Shown piece after piece: positions 29,121 through 39,740 of a stretch of DNA of 64,000 bases; the first letter of the stretch is position 1; every line of letters starts with the position of its first letter. Origin of the DNA: an uncultured Candidatus Entotheonella sp. GTDB lineage: Bacteria; Tectomicrobia; Entotheonellia; Entotheonellales; Entotheonellaceae. Position numbers and translations under genes: made by a program. The notes beneath the pieces were generated by a model that had not been told where the DNA came from, ran no database searches, and saw only the letters and a program-made list of their open reading frames with translations. Location of the stretch: contig OZ244252.1 in the NCBI GenBank assembly GCA_965217185.1, positions 1,856,001-1,920,000 on the forward strand. Reading direction: 5' to 3'.

Positions 29121-29906
29121 TCAGGGCCCGAGCAGGTCCGCCACCGCAGCGCCGAGGACCACCGCCTCTTGGCAACCCCGTCGCATCTCCGGCGCGCCAA
29201 AGCCGGGGCGCCACGTCGGGTGATAGCATTCGTCGGAAACCACCAGGAGCGCCGCCACCTCGCAGCCTCGGTAGGCCGCCACCGAAAACAAGGCCGCCAC
29301 TTCCATGTCAACCGCCTGCACACCGGCGGCCCGAAAACCGGCGATCTTCCCCGCTGTTTCGCGGTATGGCGCGTCCGTGGTCCACAAGCGGCCTTGCTTG
29401 GCATGCACGCCCTGGCGCTCCGCCTCCTCCTGAAGCAGAGCAGTCGTCACCGCCGCCGCCGTCGGCTCGACCCCGGCGGGCAGGTAGTGGTAGGACGTGC
29501 CCTCTTCCCGGATCGCCTGCTGCGGGATGAACAGGTCGCCGATGGTGAGAGCCGGATCCAATGCGCCGCAAAACCCGAGATACAGAAATCGCCGGGCGCC
29601 GAGTGCGATCAACTGTTCTAACAGCATCACCGCCACCGGCGCCCCGATAGGTGACGCCATCACGGAAAACGCTCGGCCTTCCGGGTTGTACCATGCCTGC
29701 CGCATGATCGGCTGCGGCTGCGCCGGAGTCATGCCCAGATGCCGGAGCAGCCGGTGCTGTAATGCTGGGATGAAGGTCAGCAGGACAACCGGCCGCACAT
29801 CGAGGTCGGCAGGCTCAGCCCCGTATTGCGCCAGTAGGTGCGTTAGGAAATCGGCGGGCTCGATTCGGGAGGTCGGTTCGACGGACAGGAATTGATCGGG
29901 CGTCAA
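29121..29906 (-). CDS. Nucleoside phosphorylase (PNP/UDP family)
   Basis: IGAP, GFCG, REEGTSYHY, WTTDAPYRET, VDME, VSD. Confidence 0.88.
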   Translation of the reverse strand: MTPDQFLSVEPTSRIEPADFLTHLLAQYGAEPADLDVRPVVLLTFIPALQHRLLRHLGMTPAQPQPIMRQAWYNPEGRAFSVMASPIGAPVAVMLLEQLIALGARRFLYLGFCGALDPALTIGDLFIPQQAIREEGTSYHYLPAGVEPTAAAVTTALLQEEAERQGVHAKQGRLWTTDAPYRETAGKIAGFRAAGVQAVDMEVAALFSVAAYRGCEVAALLVVSDECYHPTWRPGFGAPEMRRGCQEAVVLGAAVADLLGP

Positions 29907-30066
29907 TGGAAATGCCTTCAGGTTTGATGCTAGGATTCACCCTTCCTAAACATAGGGAAGAGCCAAACTGTGACACGCGGGCACCTGCCTGACAAGCCGC
30001 CGCGGCTCGGACGTCTGTCACATCTTCGTAATCTGTCGACCCCCGCTTTCACAAAAGGAACACATC

Positions 30067-30581
30067 ATGACCCAGCCTGTGGTAACGGTTGTCATGGGCA
30101 GCGCCTCCGATTGGCCGATCATGCAGAGCGCCGCGGAAATGCTGGATCGCTTTCAAGTACCGTACGAGGTGACGATCAGTTCGGCGCACCGCGCCCCGCA
30201 ACGCACCGGGGCGCTGGCGCGCGGGGCTGCTGGGAGAGGCATCAAGGTCGTCATTGCTGGTGCCGGCGGGGCCGCCCATCTTGCCGGGGTGGTAGCCGCC
30301 GAAACCACACTGCCGGTTATCGGCGTGCCCATTGATTCGTCGTCCTTGCAAGGACTTGACGCCCTCTTGGCAACGGTGCAGATGCCGCGCGGCGTTCCGG
30401 TCGCCACGGTCGCCATCGGCAAGGCAGGGGCGGCCAATGCCGGCGTGCTGGCGGCGCAGATCGTGGCGCTGACGGCGCCGGACGTGTCGGAACGCCTGCG
30501 GCACTACAAGGCCGAGCTGGTTGCCGGTGTCGAGAAAGCCGCCGAAACCTGCAGGCGCAATTGGCGGAAACCGGTGCATGA
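30067..30581 (+). CDS. purE: N5-CAIR mutase PurE (1-bp frameshift near the 3' end; as written the frame runs to 30837)
   Basis: [27 protein letters not shown]. One extra base at about 30546 restores ...[16 protein letters not shown] overlapping the tsaC ATG. Confidence 0.93.
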
Positions 30582-31243
30582 CGCGCTGTGTCAGAATCGA
30601 TCCGCGATGCCCGGCCTCGGACGCGCTCGACGACGCTGCGTCCGTACTGCGGCGCGGCGGCATCGTGGCTTACCTGACGGACACCGTCTACGGCTTGGCG
30701 GTGGACGCCCGGCTGCCGCAAGCCATCGCCAGCCTGTATGCTCTCAAGGGCCGCTCATCCAACAAGGCCATCCCGCTGATTATCGGCGCCCCGGAGCAGC
30801 TCCCAGAGGTCGCCGTCGCCCTCCCGCGAGGCGCTGAATCTCTCATGGCGGCGTTCTGGCCCGGTCCGCTCACCCTGCTGCTGTCACCGCATCCGAACCT
30901 GCCGGCCACGCTGCTCGGCGATACCGGGCGCATCGGCGTGCGCTGGCCAGATTCGCCGCTCAGCCAAGGTCTCGCGCTGCGCGTCGGCGGTGCCATCACC
31001 GCTTCCAGCGCCAATCGCTCCGGCGCTGCCGCCGCCCTGAGCGCCGCTGAGGTGGAGGCACAGCTTGTCCCAGACGTCGATCTTATTATTGACGCCGGCG
31101 GTGCCAACGAACCGCAGGTTTCGACCGTCCTCGATATCACCGTCGAACCGCCGCGCATGATCCGTGCCGGCAAAATTCCACAGGCAGCCATTGAATCCGT
31201 GCTTGGTTGCGGAATCGCGAAAAACCGCACAGAAAAAGGCTGA
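30578..31243 (+). CDS. tsaC: L-threonylcarbamoyladenylate synthase TsaC/Sua5
   Basis: TDTVYGL, KGR, FWPGPLT, SANRSG, STV. Confidence 0.92.
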   Translation: MTRCVRIDPRCPASDALDDAASVLRRGGIVAYLTDTVYGLAVDARLPQAIASLYALKGRSSNKAIPLIIGAPEQLPEVAVALPRGAESLMAAFWPGPLTLLLSPHPNLPATLLGDTGRIGVRWPDSPLSQGLALRVGGAITASSANRSGAAAALSAAEVEAQLVPDVDLIIDAGGANEPQVSTVLDITVEPPRMIRAGKIPQAAIESVLGCGIAKNRTEKG

Positions 31244-31248
31244 AAGGC

Positions 31249-31277
31249 TTGACACTATAGGGAACGACTCGTATAGT
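31249..31277 (+). promoter_or_regulatory. Sigma70-type promoter of the rho operon
   Basis: TTGACA-17 bp-TATAGT. Confidence 0.8.
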
Positions 31278-31754
31278 CTTGCGCAATTCACCCATGACGA
31301 GCCCCGCAGAGGTTGTTTCAGCACCACGCTGCCTTGCTTCCCGCAGCGGTCGGCCTATCCGATACAGGACTCCATTGCACAAATAACCAGCCATCCCAAA
31401 GCCATACGACGAAGGGGTTATATCCTCTGCCGAGCGTAAGGATTTCCCTCTATATGGCATCATGCTTGCCTACGATACATGGACACGCCCTTCTCAAGGG
31501 ATGCGAGTTAACGCGCGCAGTGTAGGTCGTGCAAGGGTCCTCATTCATTCTTACCATGGTTTCATAAATTACATCGCGGTGCCCCTTGTTCGTCCGGCGC
31601 AGTATACCGTCAAGGGTTCACTGACTCACATAAGGAGTGCCCGTTTAATGGCGTATTGCTGTCACAGTTGCAAGGGCAGTAACCGAGGACAAAATATCCT
31701 GCGTACGCATGCCCCCAGAAATATGCATGCGACTTATGGAGGTTGAGACGACTT

Positions 31755-33050
31755 ATGGCAGTTGAGACTACTCTTGACATCCCGGCCTTGCACAAAGGGC
31801 GCTTGAACATCGTTGAACTCAAAGAGATGACCATCGCCGATCTCGCCGACGTGGCCAAGCAACTCCACGTGGGCGGAGCCAGCGGGTTACGCAAGCAGGA
31901 GTTGATCTTCAAGATTCTGGAAGCGCAAACGGAGAAGAACGGTTTGATTTTCGGCGAGGGCGTTCTGGAAATCCTGCCCGACGGTTTCGGATTCCTGCGG
32001 GCACCCAGTTACAACTATCTTCCCGGGCCGGACGATATCTACGTCTCACCCTCGCAGATACGCCGATTCGACCTCCACACCGGCGACACCATCTCCGGTC
32101 AGGTTAGGCCGCCCAAGGAAAGCGAGCGCTATTTCGCTTTGCTCAAAGTCGAGGCCATTAATTTCGAAAACCCTGAGCTGGCCAAGGACAAAATTCTCTT
32201 CGACAACCTCACGCCGCTTTATCCCGACGCCCGTATTCGTCTTGAAACCGCCCCTACCGACACTTCAACCCGGATCATGGACCTGCTGACGCCCATCGGC
32301 AAGGGCCAGCGCGGCCTTATCGTGGCGCCGCCGCGCACCGGTAAAACCATGCTCCTGCAATCGATCGCCCACAGCGTGACGCGCAATCATCCGGAAATCG
32401 TGCTGATCGTGTTGCTGATCGACGAGCGCCCGGAGGAAGTCACCGACATGCAGCGTTCGGTCAAAGGCGAGGTGGTAAGCTCAACCTTCGACGAACCTGC
32501 CACCCGCCATGTGCAAGTGGCCGAAATGGTAATCGAAAAAGCCAAACGTCTGGTCGAGCACAAGCGTGACGTGGTAATTCTGCTCGACAGCATCACCCGC
32601 TTGGCGCGCGCCTATAACACCATCGTGCCGCCGAGCGGCAAGGTGCTCTCCGGCGGTGTGGATTCCAACGCCCTGCAAAAGCCGAAACGTTTTTTCGGCG
32701 CCGCCCGTAACATTGAAGAGGGCGGTAGCATGACCATCATCGCAACGGCCCTGGTCGACACCGGCAGCCGCATGGACGAGGTCATCTTTGAGGAGTTCAA
32801 GGGCACCGGCAACATGGAAATCCACCTCGACCGCCGCTTGGTCGACAAGCGTGTCTTCCCGGCTATCGACGTCAACCGCTCCGGCACCCGCAAGGAAGAG
32901 TTGCTGCTTGATGCCTACGAACTCAACCGCGTGTGGGTACTGCGCAAGGTCCTGAACCCTCTGAATACGGTCGATAGCATGGAACTGCTGATCGACAAGA
33001 TCAAAGAGAGCCAGACGAATGGCGATTTTCTCCGCTCGATGAATACTTGA
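31755..33050 (+). CDS. rho: Transcription termination factor Rho
   Basis: [44 protein letters not shown]. Confidence 0.98.
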   Translation: MAVETTLDIPALHKGRLNIVELKEMTIADLADVAKQLHVGGASGLRKQELIFKILEAQTEKNGLIFGEGVLEILPDGFGFLRAPSYNYLPGPDDIYVSPSQIRRFDLHTGDTISGQVRPPKESERYFALLKVEAINFENPELAKDKILFDNLTPLYPDARIRLETAPTDTSTRIMDLLTPIGKGQRGLIVAPPRTGKTMLLQSIAHSVTRNHPEIVLIVLLIDERPEEVTDMQRSVKGEVVSSTFDEPATRHVQVAEMVIEKAKRLVEHKRDVVILLDSITRLARAYNTIVPPSGKVLSGGVDSNALQKPKRFFGAARNIEEGGSMTIIATALVDTGSRMDEVIFEEFKGTGNMEIHLDRRLVDKRVFPAIDVNRSGTRKEELLLDAYELNRVWVLRKVLNPLNTVDSMELLIDKIKESQTNGDFLRSMNT

Positions 33051-33122
33051 GAAAGCCCGCTGGCGGTTTCCCCGTCTTGCGAACGTTGTCCGTCTATTGG
33101 CTCTCCAAAACCAGGAGAAAAT

Positions 33123-33332
33123 ATGAAACCGGACATTCACCCCGAATACATTGAAACGACGATCTCTTGCGCCTGCGGCAACACCTACGAGACGCGCTCC
33201 ACCGTGCCTGACCTGCGCGTGGCCATCTGCTCCAAGTGCCACCCGTTCTTCACCGGACGGCAGCGTTTGGTCGATACAGCCGGTCGGGTTGAAAAATTCC
33301 AGCGCAAATACGGTCGCAAGCCAATCGAATAA
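33123..33332 (+). CDS. rpmE: 50S ribosomal protein L31 (zinc-binding type)
   Basis: [29 protein letters not shown]. Confidence 0.97.
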   Translation: MKPDIHPEYIETTISCACGNTYETRSTVPDLRVAICSKCHPFFTGRQRLVDTAGRVEKFQRKYGRKPIE

Positions 33333-33355
33333 GCAGACGCAGGACGGATTGAAGT

Positions 33356-34444
33356 ATGTTCGAGAAGTTGGAGTCCATTGTCCAACGGCATGACGAGCTG
33401 AGCGGCTTTTTAAGCGACCCGGCGGTCCTTGCCGACCCGGAAAAGCTGCGCGGCTACGCCAAGGAGCAAGCCGAGTTACGGCATACCGTGGCGGCCTACC
33501 AGACCTATCAGGTTGCCCAACAGGACTTGCAGGAATACCAGGAACTCCTGGCTAGTGAAGACCCGGAGGGGGATCTTGCCGGTTCCATCCGTGACGAAAT
33601 TGGCGTCCTGAAGACCCGTTTGGAAACGCTGGAAGAGGACTTGCGCCTCCTGTTGTTGCCGCGCAACCCGCACGACGACCGCAGCGTGATCATGGAAATA
33701 CGAGCCGGTACCGGCGGCGATGAAGCCGCGCTGTTCGCCGGCGATCTGTTCCGCATGTACGGCCGTTATGCTGAATCGCAGCGCTGGCGGGTCGAGGTGC
33801 TGAGCGCCAACCCTACCGAAACCGGCGGCCTGAAGGAAGTCGTCGCCTCGGTCGACGGCCAGCAGGTGTACAGCAAGCTGAAATGGGAAAGCGGCACCCA
33901 CCGCGTACAACGCGTGCCCGCCACGGAAACGCAGGGCCGCATCCACACCTCAGCAGTCACAGTCGCCATCCTGCCGGCGGCCGAGGAAGTGGATATCGAT
34001 ATCGACCCGGCTGATCTGCGCATCGACGTGTTTCGCTCGTCCGGGCCCGGCGGTCAAAGCGTCAATACTACCGACTCCGCCGTGCGGATGACGTACGAGC
34101 CGAAAGACCGCAAGGGCCTGCGCATCGTGGTGACCTGCCAGGACGAAAAATCCCAACACAAGAATCGCGCCAAGGCTCTCAAAGTGCTGCGTGCCCGCCT
34201 GCTCGACGTTCTTGAGAGCGAACACCAGGCGCAACTGTCCGAACAGCGGCGCGCTCAGATCGGCAGCGGCGACCGCAGCGAGCGCATCCGCACCTACAAT
34301 TTCCCGCAGAGCCGCATTACCGACCACCGTATCCAGCTCACTCTCTACAGGCTGGAGCAGGTGATGGAAGGGAACCTCAACGAACTGATCGAGGCTCTGT
34401 CGCTTGCCGACCGCGCAGCGAAGCTGGAAGCCGTGGCGCAGTGA
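33356..34444 (+). CDS. prfA: Peptide chain release factor 1
   Basis: [14 protein letters not shown] recognition motif, GGQSVN, RTYNFPQ. Confidence 0.97.
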   Translation: MFEKLESIVQRHDELSGFLSDPAVLADPEKLRGYAKEQAELRHTVAAYQTYQVAQQDLQEYQELLASEDPEGDLAGSIRDEIGVLKTRLETLEEDLRLLLLPRNPHDDRSVIMEIRAGTGGDEAALFAGDLFRMYGRYAESQRWRVEVLSANPTETGGLKEVVASVDGQQVYSKLKWESGTHRVQRVPATETQGRIHTSAVTVAILPAAEEVDIDIDPADLRIDVFRSSGPGGQSVNTTDSAVRMTYEPKDRKGLRIVVTCQDEKSQHKNRAKALKVLRARLLDVLESEHQAQLSEQRRAQIGSGDRSERIRTYNFPQSRITDHRIQLTLYRLEQVMEGNLNELIEALSLADRAAKLEAVAQ

Positions 34445-35319
34445 GACTGGCCCTCCGCACGGTGTTACAGCGCGCTGCACAATGTCTGAAACAACACCAG
34501 GTTGACGAGCCGTTGGCCGATGCCGAAGTCCTCCTCGCCGATGTCTTGACGCTACCGCGCCTCAATCTCTATATTGACGCCCATCGCCCCCTCAGTGACG
34601 CGCTGCATCACGCCTATCTGGCGCGCCTTTGCCGCCGAATGCAGGGCGAGCCGGTACAGCACATCACAGGCAAGCAGGAATTCCGCTCTCTATGCTTTAA
34701 AGTGAATCCTCAGGTTCTCATTCCGCGGCCGGAGAGTGAGTTGCTGGTCGAGCACGGGGTACGCTGGGCAAGGCAGTGGACGAAGCGGTATGGGACAACA
34801 AACTTACGGTGCTTGGACGTGGGCACCGGCAGCGGCAATCTGGGGGTCAGCCTGTTGCACGAACTGCCGGAATGCCGCGTTTGCGCGATTGATTCCAGCT
34901 TGGCGGCCCTGAAGGTAGCAAGGCGCAACGCACATCACCTTGGCGTCGCTGACCGATGGTCCGGGCTATGCGGGGACCTGGTGGAGCCGCTGCTCTTCGA
35001 TCCGCCGCGCTTTGCCGTGTGTGTTGCCAACCTACCCTACGTCACCGCCGCCGAGTGGCAAGAATTGCCGCCGCACATCAAGGACCACGAACCCGCCGCC
35101 GCGTTACTGGGAGGCACGGATGGTCTGGACGTGATTCGCCGCTTGGTCGCCGCCGTACCGGCAGTGCTCGCGCCCCAGGGCATGCTGCTTCTGGAGGTCG
35201 GTTGGAAGCAGGCCAACGCCGTGGAGACCCTCATGCGGCAGACGACGCGATTCGAGGCCACCGGGGTACACCGCGACTTCGCCGGAATCGACCGCGTGGT
35301 GTGGGGCCGCATGCCGTAA
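34441..35319 (+). CDS. prmC: Release factor glutamine methyltransferase
   Basis: [17 protein letters not shown]; overlaps the prfA stop. Confidence 0.93.
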   Translation: MRLALRTVLQRAAQCLKQHQVDEPLADAEVLLADVLTLPRLNLYIDAHRPLSDALHHAYLARLCRRMQGEPVQHITGKQEFRSLCFKVNPQVLIPRPESELLVEHGVRWARQWTKRYGTTNLRCLDVGTGSGNLGVSLLHELPECRVCAIDSSLAALKVARRNAHHLGVADRWSGLCGDLVEPLLFDPPRFAVCVANLPYVTAAEWQELPPHIKDHEPAAALLGGTDGLDVIRRLVAAVPAVLAPQGMLLLEVGWKQANAVETLMRQTTRFEATGVHRDFAGIDRVVWGRMP

Positions 35320-35401
35320 CCTTAGAGCCGCCGCTCGCAGGGGCTGCGCCCGACTTGGATTATTTCCATGACGCGTTCGTATTAAGCGAGGAGTCCTCCG
35401 T

Positions 35402-35989
35402 ATGGAACGCCAAAGTACCGTCCATCGCCGAACCGCCGAAACCGACATTCAGGTGTCACTCGACCTCGACGGCAGCGGGGTCTACACCGTGCAAACCGGC
35501 ATCCCCTTCCTCGACCACATGCTGAGCATGGTGGCCCGGCACGGCTTTTTCGACCTGGAAGTTGCCGCCACCGGCGATCTCGATGTCGATTACCACCACA
35601 CGGTCGAAGACGTGGGCATCTGCCTCGGCCAGGCCTTCCATCAAGCCATGGGAAGCAAACAGGGCCTGCGGCGCTACGCCTCCGCAAGCGTGCCGCTGGA
35701 AGAAACCCTGGCGAGCGTCGTGGTCGATTTCTGCGACCGACCTTACCTCGTCTACAACGTCGACGCCCCGCCGGGACGTATCGGCACCTTTGACATGGAG
35801 CTGGTGGAAACATTCTTCCTGGGCTTTGCCAGCCACAGCCGCGCCACGCTGCACTGCAATCTGCACTACGGCCGCAACCGCCACCACATCGCCGAAGCCG
35901 TATTCAAAGCCTTCAGCCGCGCCGCCGACGAGGCGACGACCTTGGACACGCGCCTCGCCGGGCTGCTGACAACGAAAGACGCTTTCTGA
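35402..35989 (+). CDS. hisB: Imidazoleglycerol-phosphate dehydratase
   Basis: TGIPFLDHML, HHTVED, NRHHIAEA. Confidence 0.96.
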   Translation: MERQSTVHRRTAETDIQVSLDLDGSGVYTVQTGIPFLDHMLSMVARHGFFDLEVAATGDLDVDYHHTVEDVGICLGQAFHQAMGSKQGLRRYASASVPLEETLASVVVDFCDRPYLVYNVDAPPGRIGTFDMELVETFFLGFASHSRATLHCNLHYGRNRHHIAEAVFKAFSRAADEATTLDTRLAGLLTTKDAF

Positions 35990-36002
35990 CGGGAATCGCA
36001 AT

Positions 36003-36623
36003 ATGCTGGCCATTGTGGACTACGGTAGAGGCAACCTGAGAAGCGTTCAGAACGGCTTCCGTCAAATCGGCGTTGCTGCCCATGTAAGCGGTGACCCGGA
36101 AACGATTACGAAAGCGGCCGGTGTCGTCTTTCCCGGCGTTGGCGCCTTTCGCGACTGCATGCAGAACCTTGCCGCCCGCGGCCTGGACGAGGCGCTGCGG
36201 CAAGTCATCCGGGACGGCAAACCGGTGCTGGCCATCTGCGTGGGCATGCAGGCCCTGCTATCCGAGAGCGAAGAGTTCGGCACCACACCGGGCCTGGACA
36301 TCGTAGCGGGGCAGGTACGTCGCTTCCCACATCCGGTCGCCGGCTCGAACCCACTCAAAGTGCCGCACATGGGCTGGAACCAACTACAGTTGCACCGCCC
36401 CTGCCCGCTCCTGGACGGCTTGCCGGAGCATGTTTACACCTACTTCGTGCACTCCTACTACGCCATCCCGGCCGAGCCCGCGGTGGTGGTCGCCTCCACG
36501 GATTACGGGGTCGAGTTTGCCTCGGTGCTGTGGCGTGATAACCTGTACGCTACACAGTTTCACCCCGAAAAGAGCCAGACGTGGGGCCTGCGCATCCTGC
36601 GCAACTTTGCCCAACTGCTATAG
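36003..36623 (+). CDS. hisH: Imidazole glycerol phosphate synthase glutaminase subunit
   Basis: [24 protein letters not shown]. Confidence 0.96.
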   Translation: MLAIVDYGRGNLRSVQNGFRQIGVAAHVSGDPETITKAAGVVFPGVGAFRDCMQNLAARGLDEALRQVIRDGKPVLAICVGMQALLSESEEFGTTPGLDIVAGQVRRFPHPVAGSNPLKVPHMGWNQLQLHRPCPLLDGLPEHVYTYFVHSYYAIPAEPAVVVASTDYGVEFASVLWRDNLYATQFHPEKSQTWGLRILRNFAQLL

Positions 36624-36637
36624 GAACGCGACCGCCG

Positions 36638-37432
36638 GTGCTTGCCAAACGGATCATTCCATGCCTCGACGTCAAAGACGGGCGGGTCGTCAAGGGGACG
36701 CAGTTCCTCAATCTGCGCGACGCCGGCGACCCGGTGGAGGCGGCCCAGCTCTATGACGAGCAGGGGGCGGACGAGCTCGTGTTTCTCGACATCACCGCGT
36801 CTCACGAAAAGCGCCGCATCATTATCGACGTGGTACGGCGAACCTCGGAGCGTCTGTTCATGCCGCTGACGGTCGGCGGCGGCATCACCAGCAACGAGGA
36901 AATCCGCGATCTGTTACGGGCTGGGGCGGACAAGGTGTCGCTCAATACCGCCGCGGTGCGTCGCCCGGAATTTGTCGGCGAGGCGGCGCAGACCTTCGGC
37001 AGCCAGTGCATTGTCGTCGCCATTGACGCCAAACGGCGCGAACAGCCCCAAGATGGGTGGGAAGTGTTCACGCACGGCGGTCGCAGCCCGACTGGCCTTG
37101 ATGCCGTCGAATGGGCAAAACGGGTGGAAGCCCTCGGTGCGGGGGAGATACTACTCACCAGCATGGACCGCGACGGAACCCAGAGCGGCTACGACCTCGA
37201 CCTCACCCGCGGCATCGCCGATGCCGTCGGCATTCCTGTCATTGCTTCCGGCGGCGTGGGTAATCTGGAGCATCTCTACGACGGATTGACCGCCGGTGGT
37301 GCTGACGCCGTCTTGGCAGCATCCATCTTTCATTTCGCCGAGCACAGCATCGCCGACGCCAAATCGTATCTCCATGCGCGCGGTGTCCTTGTACGTCATA
37401 CGGATTCGGGAAAGGAGGGATCGGCCCAATGA
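36638..37432 (+). CDS. hisF: Imidazole glycerol phosphate synthase cyclase subunit
   Basis: [30 protein letters not shown]. Confidence 0.96.
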   Translation: MLAKRIIPCLDVKDGRVVKGTQFLNLRDAGDPVEAAQLYDEQGADELVFLDITASHEKRRIIIDVVRRTSERLFMPLTVGGGITSNEEIRDLLRAGADKVSLNTAAVRRPEFVGEAAQTFGSQCIVVAIDAKRREQPQDGWEVFTHGGRSPTGLDAVEWAKRVEALGAGEILLTSMDRDGTQSGYDLDLTRGIADAVGIPVIASGGVGNLEHLYDGLTAGGADAVLAASIFHFAEHSIADAKSYLHARGVLVRHTDSGKEGSAQ

Positions 37433-38541
37433 CCAGAAACCTGCACCGCATCAGACGTCTCGCGCTGGCCGCGGCGCTCAGTCTTTTGGCCCTGCTGGCC
37501 GCGGCGCATGCGCAGGACGTGTCGGACCGCGTGCCCATCCTGCCAGACACGCCTTACGCCTATGCCAACGTGCCCCTACCCCCGCACCTGGCCGTCATTC
37601 GGACCAATATCCCCAAGGACAACCCGATCACCAACCACGGCGCCACGCTCGGGCGCGTGCTGTTCTACGACAAGCGCCTGTCGGTCAACAACACCACGGC
37701 CTGCGCCGCGTGCCATCTTCAGGAATACGCCTTTTCCGACCCGGAGCAGTTCAGCACCGGGTTTGCTGGCGCCAAGACGCCCCGGAACGCCATGGGGCTG
37801 GCCAACGGCCGGTTCTTCCAGGCGGATCACTTTTTCTGGGACGCGCGCGTCAAGACCCTCGAAGAACTGATCCTGCTGCCGATTCAGAGCCCCATCGAGA
37901 TGGGCAGCACGCTGGAACAGGCCGTAGCCAAGGTGGCAGCCGCCGCCTTCTACCCGCCCCTGTTCGCCAAGGCGTTCGGCACCCCCGAGGTCACCCCGGA
38001 ACGCATCGCCAAGGCGGTAGCGCAATTCATACGCGCCATGGTGTCCTATCAATCCAAGTACGACGAGGGCATCGCCACCGGGTTTCGTAATTTCACGGGG
38101 CAGGAGTTCTTCGGGATGCAACTGTTCGAGAATCAAGCGCTTCGCTGTGCGCGTTGCCACCTGACCGATACGCAAATCCTGATTTTCCCGAGCAACAATG
38201 GGCTCGACGTGGTTTACGCCGACAAGGGCGTCGGGTCGATCACCGGGGACGGTTTCGACCATGGGCTCTTCAAACCGCCGTCCTTGCGCAACGTGGCGCT
38301 TACCGGACCGTACATGCACGACGGCCGGTTCGCCACCCTGCAGGACGTGCTGCAGCATTACAGCTCCGGCATCCAGTCGCACAAGAACCTCGGTTCCTTC
38401 CTGCCGGAAAAGGGCGTGAACCTGACCGCCAGGCAACGAGACGCCATCGAGGCTTTCCTGCACACCCTGACCGACCCGGCGTTTATCACCGACCCCAAAT
38501 TTTCGGACCCGTTCGCCAAGCCGCGAGAAGAGCGCCGTTAA
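37429..38541 (+). CDS. Di-haem cytochrome c peroxidase/MauG-family protein
   Basis: Signal peptide; CAACH and [28 protein letters not shown]. Confidence 0.9.
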   Translation: MTRNLHRIRRLALAAALSLLALLAAAHAQDVSDRVPILPDTPYAYANVPLPPHLAVIRTNIPKDNPITNHGATLGRVLFYDKRLSVNNTTACAACHLQEYAFSDPEQFSTGFAGAKTPRNAMGLANGRFFQADHFFWDARVKTLEELILLPIQSPIEMGSTLEQAVAKVAAAAFYPPLFAKAFGTPEVTPERIAKAVAQFIRAMVSYQSKYDEGIATGFRNFTGQEFFGMQLFENQALRCARCHLTDTQILIFPSNNGLDVVYADKGVGSITGDGFDHGLFKPPSLRNVALTGPYMHDGRFATLQDVLQHYSSGIQSHKNLGSFLPEKGVNLTARQRDAIEAFLHTLTDPAFITDPKFSDPFAKPREERR

Positions 38542-38589
38542 CCGGGGCTGCGGCCCGCAACGCCCCTTTCTGGAAGGAGAGTCATTGCT

Positions 38590-39084
38590 ATGGCAAGGTC
38601 CCATCTCGTCGTCGAGGCCATGCAGAACTGCGGCGTTACGCATGTCGTATGGCTGCCGGACAGCGAATCGCACTACATGTACGATGCCCTGAGCGCCTCG
38701 CCGTTGCATCTGGTGCCGGTATGCCGGGAGGGCGAGGCTTTCGGCATCGCCGCCGGGCTGCACCTGGGCGGCAAGACCCCGGTGGTGCTCATCCAGAATA
38801 CCGGCCTGTTCGAGTCCGGCGACGTGCTGCGCGCCAATATCCTCAACCTGAAGATGCCGCTGCTGTTGATGGTGGGATACCGGGGCTACCACGAGATGGT
38901 CAGCGGACAGGGGCCAGTGGATTCAGCCGCTACTTTCACCGAGCCGATTCTGGACGCCTGGGGCATCGTCCACTACCTGCTGGACACCGACGACGACGTG
39001 CCCAAAATCGCCAACGCCTTCAAGGAAAGCCGTGAAGCCAGCCGCCCAGTGGCGATTCTCATTGGCCGCGAATACGATGCGTGA
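38590..39084 (+). CDS. TPP-dependent decarboxylase alpha subunit (ComD-like)
   Basis: LPDS, REGEAFGIAAG, QNTGL. Confidence 0.8.
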   Translation: MARSHLVVEAMQNCGVTHVVWLPDSESHYMYDALSASPLHLVPVCREGEAFGIAAGLHLGGKTPVVLIQNTGLFESGDVLRANILNLKMPLLLMVGYRGYHEMVSGQGPVDSAATFTEPILDAWGIVHYLLDTDDDVPKIANAFKESREASRPVAILIGREYDA

Positions 39085-39109
39085 CGCCAACTAAAAAAGG
39101 ACCGCTTCG

Positions 39110-39682
39110 ATGATACTCCGCTCGCAAGCCCTGAAACATTTGGCCGCCCTGCGCACCGATGAAATCGTCCTCACCGCCATGATGGCTGTCCGGCAATGGG
39201 CGGCGTTTTCCGACCACCAGCTTGATTTCAGCACCATCGGCACCGGCATGGGACACGCCTCCGACATCGGCCTCGGCTTGGCGCTGTCACAACCCGACCG
39301 CCGCGTCATCGTCCTCAACGGCGACGGCAGCATGCTGATGAACCTCGGCCAACTGGTCACCATCGCCCAACAGGCACCGCCGAATCTAATCCTCATGGTG
39401 CTGCACAACGGCACCTACGAGGTCACCGGCGGGCAACCCATCCCCGGACCGGCCAACCTCGACTTCGCCGGTATGGCCCGCGCCGCCGGTATCGCCAAGT
39501 CGTATGACTTCGACGAACTCGACACCTACGTTGCCGCCCTGCCTGACATTCTGAACAGCCAAGGCCCTATCTTCGTCAATCTGCGGGTCGTGGCAAACGA
39601 GACCCCGCTGCCACCGCCGTCCCGCCAGCCACTGCCGCAGCGCGCCGCGCAGTTGATGCAGGCCCTGGGGGCAACCCCTTAG
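39110..39682 (+). CDS. TPP-dependent decarboxylase beta subunit (ComE-like)
   Basis: GMGH, GDGSMLMNLG...NG..EVTGGQ TPP motif. Confidence 0.82.
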   Translation: MILRSQALKHLAALRTDEIVLTAMMAVRQWAAFSDHQLDFSTIGTGMGHASDIGLGLALSQPDRRVIVLNGDGSMLMNLGQLVTIAQQAPPNLILMVLHNGTYEVTGGQPIPGPANLDFAGMARAAGIAKSYDFDELDTYVAALPDILNSQGPIFVNLRVVANETPLPPPSRQPLPQRAAQLMQALGATP

Positions 39683-39740
39683 CTCCTGGCGGCCTCGATA
39701 CCCTCCCCGCCCTCACAACGCCGAATGGAAAGGACACGAG

